The notes under the pieces were generated by a model. The model did not search any database. It was given only the letters and a program-made list of their open reading frames with translations, and had not been told where the DNA came from. Source: the human T2T-CHM13v2.0 reference genome, Homo sapiens. From it: a stretch of 64,000 nucleotides of DNA. The stretch is from NCBI RefSeq assembly GCF_009914755.1, contig NC_060936.1. One strand, written 5' to 3'. Of the stretch, positions 46,072 to 57,300 are shown piece by piece (position 1 is the first letter of the stretch; the number at the start of each line of letters is the position of its first letter). The position numbers were made by a program, and so were the translations under genes.

Positions 46072-46180
46072 TTTGCTTCCTCAGGGCTTTTTACTATCTG
46101 GCTCCTTTGGTTTCTGATCTAGTGGCCTTTCTCAGTTCCCGTATCAACAGCTTTAGTTGTACACCCCTCCTGCCTTTGAG
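46072..46180 (+). other. BICDL1: Candidate alternative BICDL1 exon (109 nt) with in-frame stop: FASSGLFTIWLLWFLI* (TAG 46120-46122)
   Basis: Branch ggctgAc (A 46039), pyrimidine tract ctctctctcttctctccc, tacag| acceptor, GAG|gtgagc donor; no transcript evidence available here. Confidence 0.6.
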
Positions 46181-48160
46181 GTGAGCCTGAGCCCTACATC
46201 CCATCCACCGTCTCGCCCTGCCATTGCTGTGCTGCCCCGCCGCCTCCCCTCATGGCCCACTGTGTTCTGTGTGCTGGAGCCTGGCGTCATCTCTGTGCAG
46301 TGTGACATGCCCTCAAGTCCCAGCTCCCTCCTCCATCACAGTCGCGTCCAGTGAGCTCTTCAGCAGTGTGTGGCCCAGTGCTAACGGCTGGTGCCGTCTT
46401 CTCATAGATGGCTGTTCCATCCACTGAGGGACCAGCAGGCCTGGAATGATGAGCAGCGTGTGTCTGGGAAACTCTAAAGGGCGACCTGGACAGACCTGAT
46501 TGCTTAAAGTTAAAAAAATGAAGTTTTCAGTGTGCCAAACAAAACATTGGCAGCTTTGAAAGGTTGGTTTTTGAAAGACCCTTTAGCATTCCTACATTGG
46601 ATTTAGCGTAGATTTTACTGAGCACGTCGTAAGTGCAGGGCACTGTGCCAAGGATCATACACTGGACCCTTATAAGGAGGGACCGTGTGTTGGCAAATAC
46701 CTGGCACAGTGCCAGCTCTGAGGGGCAAGTGGAAAAGGGGATGGAAGAGAAGGGAAGAAGACAAGGGCAAGGAGAAGACCAGGAATGAGCTGAGTCTGAA
46801 AGACAGGGTTGAGAGAATAGGGAGGCTGGAGAGCAGGCCCTGAGCCAGAGCGCGTGAGGGGTCCACACTCACTGCTACCCCACGATGACTCAGGAAGGCC
46901 CCTTTGTTTCATGCTGAAACCTGCAGAGATATTAGAATGACACCCATGGGTGGGAGGGAGGAGGAGTGGACAAGCTGCTCAGATGGAGGGGCCCAGCCAG
47001 CCCAACTTCATGCCCTCATCTCATCAGTGGCTGCTCGGAACCAAAGAGGTCATCTGCCCTGGCCACAGGGAGCCTGCCCTGAACACAGGCCTCACCTGTC
47101 CTGTGCTCGGACACCACAGGCTGACTCACTCAGGGGTTTAGCCAGAAAAGCTTGGGGTCTTACCAGGATGCCGCAGAGCCTGCCAGGTTCAAGTCATGAA
47201 GGAATCGAGCAGACACATGTTACATTTACTGATGATGCTAATTACACAGGCTGCTCATATTTCTAAAGCAGGAGTTTTCAAACTTTGTTAGTGGCAGAAC
47301 TTTTGTCAAATGGAGTCTTACCCAGAGTCAGAATCTAGCCACCAAAATGGGAAGGGAGTGGAGCTGCCCTGTCCACAGGCTTCTCTATGGGAAAGGCTGC
47401 TGTTCTGTAAAACATGGTGGGGCGGGCTGTGGGGAGGAAGGCATTTTCTGGACCACATGAACGAATTCGAGTTGGGGGACGGTCCTACCCCAGTGAGGAA
47501 GCTGAAAGAAATGGGCCTGATTTGGTGCAGGACAGCCCCTGAAGACCGTGAGGCCCCTGGCCTCTGCCGCAGATGGGAGCCTCAGCAGCAGGGTCTAGGG
47601 CAGCACCCAGGGCATCCTTGCCACGTGAGGCTGCCGTTGGTGCCTGGGCATCAGTAGCTCAGGCTGGAATAATTGGAAAGGAAAAGGCAGGAGGAGCCCC
47701 TGAGGCCAGGCCATTGGGCTGGGGAGCTGTTAAGCTGAGGTGGCCCTAGGGCCTGCCGGGGCTGGGGGTGGCAAGCCAAACCGGAGGCACCAGCCAGGCC
47801 CACAGGACACAGGAGGCAGAGCCGTGAGGCCTGGTCAGAGCAGGTGGAGTGCTAGTGTGGAGACTGCAGGGAGAGACCACCCGAGCCATCAGCTGAGGAC
47901 TGTGGCGGCCCAGCAGGAGTAACACTGTTGAGGAGAACCCAGCCCAAGCCTGAGGAGGCTGGAGGTGCCATACGGCTCCTGCGTGCGCCTGGTGTCTTGC
48001 CCACGCTCACCGCTTTCTTGGTCAGGGCAGTCCCGGCTGCAGCCTCTCACTCATCACATTCTCATCTCTCATCTGTCTGATGTTCCCACCTCCCTGTCCA
48101 GCCCCAGGGTTAGGTGAGAGCAGCTACTCAGTCCTGGCCACTGTCCCCTCCCCTCTGCAG

Positions 48161-48322
48161 GATGACATGCACAGGGTCATTGACCGGCAGCTGATGGACA
48201 CGCACCTGAAAGAACGGAGCCAGCCGGCTGCTGCCCTCTGCAGGGGCCACAGCGCTGGGCGGGGGGATGAGCCCAGCATCGCTGAAGGCAAACGACTCTT
48301 CTCATTCTTCAGGAAAATTTAA
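48161..48322 (+). CDS. BICDL1: BICDL1 last coding exon: DDMHRVIDRQLMDTHLKERSQPAAALCRGHSAGRGDEPSIAEGKRLFSFFRKI*
   Basis: cccctctgcag| acceptor, phase 0; TAA at 48320-48322; matches the recalled BICDL1 C-terminus. Confidence 0.97.
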   Translation, partial: DDMHRVIDRQLMDTHLKERSQPAAALCRGHSAGRGDEPSIAEGKRLFSFFRKI

Positions 48323-49660
48323 GTTGGGAGGAGTCAGGCCACCAAAGATGGGTGGACTGGAGGCAGCTGGAAAGGCGGTGCAGGCAAGGCCTCCCCTGCA
48401 GCTTGCACCTCAGCAGCTGCCCTGCCCCTCATGCTAGGGCCCCATGGGTCCGGGAGGGCCTGCTCCCTTTCGTCGGTGGGGATGGAGACCTAGAGGTGGG
48501 GGCCTGCCTTGGCCACTGAAGGCTTCCCTTGGCCCACCGCCTGGCCAAGCCCACGCCTGGGCTTCTCCAGGACCACGTGCTTGAGCAGGGTTAGGCCACC
48601 TCCCAGAGGGGCCCCTTGGTGTTGGGCTTTGCAGCTCACACCCAGCAGATCGCAGCCCACCCCCAGGCACTGCTGCCTCCTTGATTTTAGCAAATGGGGA
48701 ACAGAAGGAATGGAGGCCCTTCTCTGCATGCCTCAGGAGGCCTGAGCCCCAGGGGCCTAGACCTGTGGGGGCAGCGGGCCAGGCCTGAGCCTCCATTCCT
48801 TCCCCAGCCCCTGGCCCAGGGTCAAAGGAGAGATGGCAGCCCCTCCCCCGCATGCATGCACCTCAGCTGGCAGGAGGCCAAGCCTCTGGCCGCAGGGTCT
48901 AAGAGCCGGGGCTTACCCAAGCTCAGCTGAGGCCACCCGAGCCCCAGGGAGGAAGAAGGCCCTGTCCCCCTGTCGCCACTGCTCTCCCTCCCAGCCTTCA
49001 GTCTCTGCCCCTTAGCAGGGCCTGGCCAGGCAGAGTGTTATCACCAGTCATCTGCAGGCTTTAGCCATCCAGCCCTTTCCCCTGCTCAGGGCTGGGGTTG
49101 GACGGGGTCTCCTCCTCCCACAGCTCCCTCCTCCACCCCTCACATACATACATAATTTCTTGGCCTAGCCAAACAAGTCCAGGCCACTGAATGGCACCAG
49201 AGGGGTCTGTGGTCAGCCACCCCACCTTGAGGGCAGCACAGGCACCACGGGGTGGAGGGGAGGGGGAGGCTGCCGGAAGCCTCCAGATGCTGCCTGCCTG
49301 CCTGCAGAAGCCTGCAGTGGCTGCTGCTCCTGCCTCTGCAGCCGCCCCTCCTCCTCCACCCAGGCCCCAACTCAGAGGCTCCGCGGCCCGGCCAGCCCTC
49401 AGCTGCTCACAACCGATTCAGTCTCCCTCCCTCCCTCACGTGGGGAAAGCACAGCAGGGATGCGCGGCAAGAATGTACCTGTAGATGTGTACATACCACA
49501 GTGCTGTAATTTTGTATGTAGCAATCATGTAAATACATGTATGGATTTTATAATATACATATATAAAAATCTATAAAGGCATATTTTTAGAAAAACAGCA
49601 CACCACTGCTTCTTTTGAAAATAGTCTGAATAAGAATAAAATGAATTTCTACAGAGCTTC
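48323..49660 (+). other. BICDL1: BICDL1 3' UTR (end approximate)
   Basis: Follows the stop codon; ends in an AU-rich block with a UGUA cluster and AATAAA. Confidence 0.85.
49635..49640 (+). terminator. BICDL1: BICDL1 polyadenylation signal AATAAA
   Basis: Canonical hexamer after an AU-rich region with eight UGUA motifs; G/U-rich sequence downstream (ctctgggtatttgc...gggtttggtct). Confidence 0.85.
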
Positions 49661-50275
49661 CTGCCTCAGTCTCTGGGTATTTGCGGGGGGCGGGTTTGGT
49701 CTGAATGCAGCTGACATGTCAGACTCACCACTGGCTGCTGCTGGAGAGGTAGCAATAGTGGTTCCCCTGCACCCGGGCCACCTCAGATGCTGGTACTTAC
49801 TTAACCAAGGGATTTGGCCAGGAAGGGCATCCTCCCCTGCCCCTCCCGCCTGGCACTGCCCCCTGCCAGTGCTGCAGCGTGCCATCCGCAAGGCAGGCCT
49901 GCCAACGCTGCTTCCCAGGCCAGCAGGGCCCTAAAGCTTGGCAGAAACTTCAAGCCAGAAAGAAACCACGCCAGGCAAAGGCTTCCACTGCATCCTTCCA
50001 GGCATGTGGAGGATAAACACGGAGCTTCCCCTGGCATCTTACCACATGTGCTCCCAGTCCAACTAGGGGGAGACTCAACCCTGGCCCACCTGTTCATGGA
50101 GAAAATGGACCTGGCTTCTGGAAGTGTCCCAAGGGCCTCGACAGGCTCCTGTGCAAGACTTAGGCCAAGAACAGGGAAGAGCAGGACACGGTGGGTGGGA
50201 AGAAGCCACGGCCACTCAGCACATCTCTGGAGGGAGAGCAAACAGACCCTGGAAGAAAATTTGGCAGCTTGAACC

Positions 50276-50281
50276 TTTATT
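50276..50281 (-). terminator. RAB35: RAB35 distal polyadenylation signal (AATAAA on - strand)
   Basis: tttatt on + strand at the end of an AU-rich block. Confidence 0.85.
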
Positions 50282-50921
50282 TTTAGTATTTTTTTAAAAA
50301 GCATAATTAGAAACTTTCAATACAGAAATACTCCTAGCAAACCATTGAAAAGTGGTGTTTGTTTGACAGGAATTTCACATCAGGTCCACTAGGACGTCGG
50401 TCCAGCCCTGAGTCCCCACCCCCACCCCATAACCCCCATTCATGCGTGTAACAGTGGGACAGGCACACTGTCATGACCAAAATCACCCCAATACCTGGGG
50501 CTGATGTCCAGCTGCCAGAAGCCATGGGGGCTTCTAGCCTGGGCTGGAAGCCCCCAGGAACCCCCCTCTTATTGCTTGAATTTGCAAGCACACCCTCGCT
50601 GGCCTCGCCTGATCGCTCAGAGGCCAGCATGCCCCCCGCCCACCGGCACAGGAGCCCCAGGCACCGTGCATCCTCAGGGCCCGTGGCCAACCAGGACAGT
50701 CCCAAGGACGGAGACCCCGCTTCTGCTCCTGCCGCCCCCGCCCCCGACCAGATGAGGCTGCCTGCTGGTCAGCCCTGCAGCCCCCTCCACAGCACCCTCC
50801 TTCCCAGGCCCATGGGGCTCCCCCACCCCATCCCGTGGCTCCAAAGTGAAGGCCTGTCCCAGAATCACCAGCTTTTGGCAGTTTGGGCAAGTGGAGAGTC
50901 GGTGAGAAGAAACCCCCAGTT

Positions 50922-50927
50922 TTTATT
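50922..50927 (-). terminator. RAB35: Candidate proximal RAB35 polyadenylation signal
   Basis: tttatt on + strand (AATAAA on -), followed on - by gggggtttcttct. Confidence 0.55.
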
Positions 50928-52405
50928 GATTAAAAACCCATCCACAGTGCTAACATGGAAACTGCAGTGTGATCTGTGATGTGATTGTCCAATCAGGGCT
51001 CTCCCTGGAAATCGCCTAGGAAAGGAAATCTAAGGAAACACATCCTGGTGTTGAACTCGGTTCTTCCCAGGTCACTTGATCCCTGTAGTGGGAGGGGAAT
51101 GAGGTGTCCGGGCTGGGGGTCGGGGAGCAGTCATCAAGTGCAGATGACCCTGGTTGTTCTCCAGGGCACTGGGGCGTGTCAAAACTGGCCGCCCCAGCCA
51201 TTCCTTCCCACCCGCCAGGAAATCCTCTTGCTACCTTTGTCCTGACAAAGGTTAGGACAGTGACCAGGGCCTGTCCATGGTCCCCACCCAGAGGCCCCAG
51301 GCATGCACTCCCCACAGTGCCTGAGGCTGCAGTGTAGACTCCTGACCTCCAGTGGGAGGCAACTCGGACAAGGGTGGGAGGCCCCTTCTCCGCTCCCACC
51401 AAGAAAGCCCAAGAGTCCAGCCCCACAATGGCAGGAAGCCATTCATTTTTTTCTAAAAACAGTGGACACAAGTGGGGTGGCCTCAACTTTTGCTGCTGTG
51501 CCAATCAAACCTCAGGGAAAGAAAATAATTGTGAGGAATTTAATTCACTTGATTTGGCTTCATTTTCTTGATCTGTTAAAATAATCCTCCCATAGCCCCC
51601 CTGCCAGCCCCATCTCTGCACGAACCTACCCCGACCTTTCTGTTGGAACTGAAACCTGTTGGTGTAAATGAGAAGCCATGGCTGCCCTGGGTTTGGAGCT
51701 CAGAGGCATCTAGAAGGCAGGACAAGAAATCTGTTGGCCAAAGGGCAAGACCTGCCACCTCTGTGGAACTGCAGGGCCTGCCTTGAGACCAGGTTCCCCA
51801 GCTCCCAGAATGGCTGTGGGGACAGGACAACGGGGAGGGAAGGGAGCTGGCACAGGCCCTGGAGAAGGGGCAAGACCCTGTGCAGCGGGGACAGAGGCTG
51901 ACAACCTGTCGGAGAGAATGAGCAACGCGGAGCCCACTCCACTGGCACGGGCTGGCCGCAGACGCAGCTAGAACGTGCCGCTGTCTCCTCAGGACGCTGC
52001 TTGCAGTAAGATGGGCTGGGGAGGGGCGCGGGGAGGGTCTGTTGCAGCAGGCTGGCATCAAGAAGGCAAAAGCCAGAGCAGGACGTGGTGTGCGGCCGGG
52101 TAGAGCAATATACACTATGTACAGACTCTGCGAATCAGTCCGCTCGGCGGGCAGCGTCCTCGCCAGGTCCAGGCGCCTTGGCCGGGGAGGAGGGGGCACC
52201 AGTAGGGAAGGGCGGGCTGGTCCAACACCTTCTTGGCACTCGAGGAGGGCGGGGGAGGAAGTGCCGATGGCACCTCCCGATACAAAAACATGGAGAGAAT
52301 TCTTTAAATAACGGCACGAAACTGAGACTGTCCCCCGAGGAACCTCCGTGGGCCTCGGGCTGGGGGAGGGACCGCAGTGCAGTCTCTGCAGTGGACTGGG
52401 TGCCA

Positions 52406-52534
52406 TTAGCAGCAGCGTTTCTTTCGTTTACTGTTCTTCGTGAGCTTCACCACATCGTTCTGTTGTTGCTGCTGCTGTTTTGCCAGGTTGTCTTTCTTTG
52501 CTCGGAGGACCAGCTCCGTGATGCAGTTGAACAT
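52406..52534 (-). CDS. RAB35: RAB35 exon 6 CDS: MFNCITELVLRAKKDNLAKQQQQQQNDVVKLTKNSKRKKRCC*
   Basis: ctctccacag| acceptor; polybasic tail plus CC prenylation motif; TAA at 52408-52406. Confidence 0.98.
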   Translation of the reverse strand: MFNCITELVLRAKKDNLAKQQQQQQNDVVKLTKNSKRKKRCC

Positions 52535-52729
52535 CTGTGGAGAGGAAAGAGGAAGGGCCCGCCTCAGACCTGGCCAGGAGGCCCCTGCTGGCCTGCACGG
52601 CTGCCTCCCCGCCTTCCGGGGCCCAGCTCTTTCTACCTGTGCATTTTTGGTATGTATGTCTTCAAAGCCTATTCTAGAAGGAGGTGGTGAATTATTTTAT
52701 TTAAAGGTCAAAAAGGAACAACATTGCTA

Positions 52730-53346
<617 letters not shown>

Positions 53347-53971
53347 GCTGGAATCTTATGACATGACAGATGAAAGTGCCCCTGCTGTTCACGGACATAG
53401 GTGACCCGGGGTCTGCCTGCTCCACGCCACTTCATGGCATGTGGGTCCCAGAGAGGTGAAGTCACCGCCCAAGGTCATACCAGCCTTGCCCACAGGCCCA
53501 GGTGGATGGGCCAGCATCAGGACACCAGCCTGACTTACAAAGGAGCCTGTGCCCGCTGCTGTGTGGCCCCTGTGCCCTGAAGCAGTGGGATCCTCGACTT
53601 CCACAGGCCTCTGGGCTCCACACAGCACAAGGCGGCCAATGAGGCAGAGGACTGGAGTGGAAACTGTGCTTGGCTTTGGTGTGGGACAGAGGTTTACTCA
53701 GTCTCTTACTAGCCAGGTGGTGGTCCTTGAGTTACTTCAACACTTGGAGCCTCAGTTTCCCTATTTGAAATGTGGGTATAATTGTACCTACCTCAGAGGA
53801 CTGTTGAACTATGAACTAAGATCGTTAAAGGGCCTGGCACATAGTAGGCACTCAATAAATGGCAGTTACTATGACATTTTCTGTTGGTCATTTAGATGCC
53901 TCAAGCAGGCCAGCAGCATGGAGAAGGCGGCCACGGGTGTGTGGCAGAGCCACAGTGGCCCAGGGCCTCAC

Positions 53972-54096
53972 CTCTTCCACGTTGACATTCTCCTTGGCGC
54001 TGGTCTCGAACAACTGGATGCCCATCTGCCCGGCGAATTTGTAGGCATCTTCCGTCTCCACCACCTTCCGCTCAGGGTCGTCATTCTTATTACCCA
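53972..54096 (-). CDS. RAB35: RAB35 exon 5 (125 nt): (V)GNKNDDPERKVVETEDAYKFAGQMGIQLFETSAKENVNVEE
   Basis: G4 (NKxD) and G5 (SAK) motifs; gaag| acceptor, GAG|gtgagg donor. Confidence 0.98.
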
Positions 54097-54190
54097 CTTC
54101 AAACGAAGGCAGAGTCAGCGCAGCCCTGAGGGGCGCAGCCGGCTGCCTCTCTCCCACCCAACCCCGACCCGGCCCTGAGTGCAGCCTCAC

Positions 54191-54315
54191 CTAATATTCG
54201 GCACACATCATCACAGTTCTGGTTGATTTCGTGAAGCCACCGCTTGACGTTGACAAAGGACTCGGCACTGGTGACGTCGTAAACCACAATGACCCCGTGG
54301 GTCCCCCGATAATAC
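54191..54315 (-). CDS. RAB35: RAB35 exon 4 (125 nt): [41 protein letters not shown]
   Basis: RabF motifs YYRG and VYDVT; tgcag| acceptor, TAG|gtgagg donor; frame continuous. Confidence 0.98.
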
Positions 54316-57300
54316 CTGCAGGGCCAGAGTGTGCGGCAGCATGTCAACCCCGACAGGAGTCACCCCCTTGCCGGGACCCACCTGCCCACGTCAGGACAGT
54401 GACCCGGAAAAGGTGAGGGTGGCCCTGGAGCCTGGGCTCTCACTCAGCCTCGGCAGATGCCCCCGAGCCACAACAGGCCAGCAGGAGAGGCTACTGCGGC
54501 AGCACTGACTCCCCCTGCCCGCCCGGGGCACCAACAGGGCGGGAGGGCCAGCCCCTGGGCAGCAGAGCAGGTCTGAGGAGTCACCTCCTGCTGTTCAGAG
54601 TCTGCTGCAGGCTTGAAACATCTTTGAAGGTCTTGCTTTATTTTGGGAAATCAGGCAGTTTTTGTATTTGACATCATGTTATCACTGTCTTTGAACATTC
54701 AAAAAAATATTTGCTCCTCAAACCTGTTTTAGAGAACCTTTCCAAGAAGCCACACCATCATGACGCCCTGGCAAAGTCTGTGCCCCTCCCCTGGGGCAGG
54801 TAGGCACCTCCCTTCCTGCTACTCTTGGCTCATCTGTGCAGGTGGCAGGAAAAGCATGGAAGCCACACAAGCATCCAGGGATGGCTGGGGAGAGGGCGCC
54901 CAGCAAAGCCATCACCCCAAACATGCAGAGCCCAGGGCCAGCCAGGAAGGCCAGAAGGAAGGGGAGGCCCAACTCTCCTCTCCAGACCCCATGTCCCCAT
55001 TCATCCCAGTGGCACAGGACGACATCAATCCCCGGAGGAGGAGGGGGACCACAGCCTCCGCTTCCCCGAGAGCTGTCGAAGAGCCGGAGGCCAGGCGGCA
55101 GCCCCGCCCCACACTGTGCAATCAGCCAGAGCTGTCCCTCTGTCCCCTCTCCCCAAAGCCGCAGGGACCTCCACCCCAGGGCTCCTCAGGACAGCACACA
55201 GACAAACCATGAGTGGACAGGCCGCTTCCTCCCGGCTTTCTGGCTGCCACCTGCCCCAGCCCTAATTACCTCCACCCCCATGAGGTTCATGGGGACAGCC
55301 CAAGCCCCAGTTCAGGAACAGCCCAAGTCAGCGCAGGCTGAGCAAGAATGGGGCAGCCAGGCTGACTTGTGGCTGCAGCTCCATTCCTGTCCACCTGCCC
55401 ATCAGCTCTCTGGCCAATGCTTCACATCTGAGGCCCGATCTAAGGACAAAGACCAACCCTGGCTCCATCTCTGAAAGGCTGGCCCTTGGGAAGGTGCCTG
55501 CATTCACCCTGCCACACCTTGCAGCTTCAACAGTTATAGCACACAGGTGGCTAGTCCTTAACTGGGGTGGTCATGAGGAAGAAAGGAGCTAAGCATTACC
55601 CCAAGGCGGGGGAGCAGTAAACAGTCAGTATGCGTTCTTCAGCATCATCAATGTGCCTTCAAGGACAATCTGTGGTCCCAGACAGAGGTGGTGGAAGGAA
55701 ACCAACAGGCAGCTTAGGGGCAGCCCTGAGCATCTTCCCTGATGCTGCAGAGCCAGAGCTCCTGCCCAGCCCTGGGACAAAGCCCAACCTGCCCCTGCCA
55801 CCGCCCCTGCCCCATCCTTGCTCCATCCTCAACACGACCGCTGGGATCTCTTCCCAGGGCTTCATTCTGCCCACAGCTTTGCTTCCAGGGCAGCGTCGCT
55901 CCTTGGCTTCGGGGTAGCTGTGACGATCAAGCTCTCTTGGCACTGGGCCCAAGAACTAGCTCTGGCCTTGGCAGCTGCTGCTGAGAGCGCCGGGTCAGCA
56001 CATGGCACGGTGTGTCAGACGCCTTCCAGAGCGAGGGCGCGCCGGAGCCACAGGAACAGGCGACTGTCCCCTGCCAGCAGAGGAAGCCCAAGGAGCGGAT
56101 GGCTCTGCAGACTCTCCTTTGCTGAAGATGATCAGAGATGCCAAGAAACGCCTGCAGCCATGGCCCCGGCGCACAGCCCCCGCGGCTCCCTGGGCGCCTC
56201 TGCCTCATCCGGGGCCCAGGAAAGGGGCTTTATCTGAGAGCAGAGAATTTGTCTGGGGATGAAGTCAGGGGCTCAGAGCTCTGGCTAGGAGGAACCGGAG
56301 CACCGACGCTTCCCATGGCCACCAGGAATCACCTTCACTCACAGGGACTCTGCTCTAGGCCAGGCACAGAGCTGGGGGCTTGGTATCCATTACCTTATTA
56401 ATGTCTGCAGCCACCTGATCCAGCAGACCTCAGGATGGCCATGTGACCAGCAAGGACGTGAGGCTGAGTGCAGCGGCCAGCTGGAAGTCCTGGCGCCCAG
56501 GGCTGACTCCCAGGCCCAACGCCAGGGCCTTGCCTTCCTTGTCACTTCTCCCCTCACCTCCATCCCACCCGCACCTCTCAGGGCCGGCAAACCTCAGCTT
56601 CTGAGAGCAAGAACCCGAGAAGGGGTGACCACAAGGCTTTTTCTCGCCAGGCTAACAGGATGCGGTTTCAGTTTCTCTCTGAACGCCCTGCATCGGAAAA
56701 AAGTCACGCTACTGCATCCTGACTGCCCTATTCCTGAAAACTCCTCACCTCCCCAAAACTCCTTCTTTCTTTGCCAGTGACCATCAAAGGGCGTCGAGAC
56801 TTCCAGTGGCCCCTCAGGGCGCCCTGCTGGGCCTCCTGCCTCATGAGGGCCAGAGCGGGACTCTAAGATGGAGCCACCTGTCTGCTTCCCCAGACACGTG
56901 GGACGGCAGCAGGGGCCCAGCCGCTGCCCACAGGCCGCCCCTTCCCAAGCCCCTGGGGAAAAACCCATGTTGCTCCCAGGAAGCTGAGTGACTCCTCCCC
57001 GCCTCCCCACGGAATGGAGGAACCAGTTCACCTTCTTCCCGCTCTGCCCAGCCCAGAAAGCAGCTGACTGCATGATGGCAGGGAGGGGCTGTGGCTCCTC
57101 CTGCTGAAAGAGCCTCGGACCCCCCAGGCCCCACTGCCCTGCCCAGGAGTTCATTCCTCATGGCCACGGGCCTCTGAACCTCTGCCACCCTGAACCTCCG
57201 CCTGGTTTTAAGGCACAGGACGGGGCAGGAAGGCAGGGGCGCCACCTGCCCAGTCGATGCAGGGCCTCGGCAGACTCAGGGCCAACCCTGAGTGCCCCCA

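Larger units (their letters stand above)
50255..52405 (-). other. RAB35: RAB35 3' UTR (end approximate)
   Basis: Between the stop codon (52408-52406) and the distal PAS; no Alu-type repeats. Confidence 0.85.

Noticed and set aside
48102-48119. 6- or 12-nt microexon using the TAG|gtgaga donor at 48113
   Set aside because: The residual intron to 48160 would be 47 nt, below the usual human minimum; kept only as an alternative-acceptor hypothesis
49641-50304. 97-167 aa ORFs between the two poly(A) signals
   Set aside because: They start beside or span cleavage sites; no promoter or recognisable product
52460-52477. RAB35 poly-Q as an expandable repeat
   Set aside because: Only six codons and interrupted (CAG3 CAA2 CAG)
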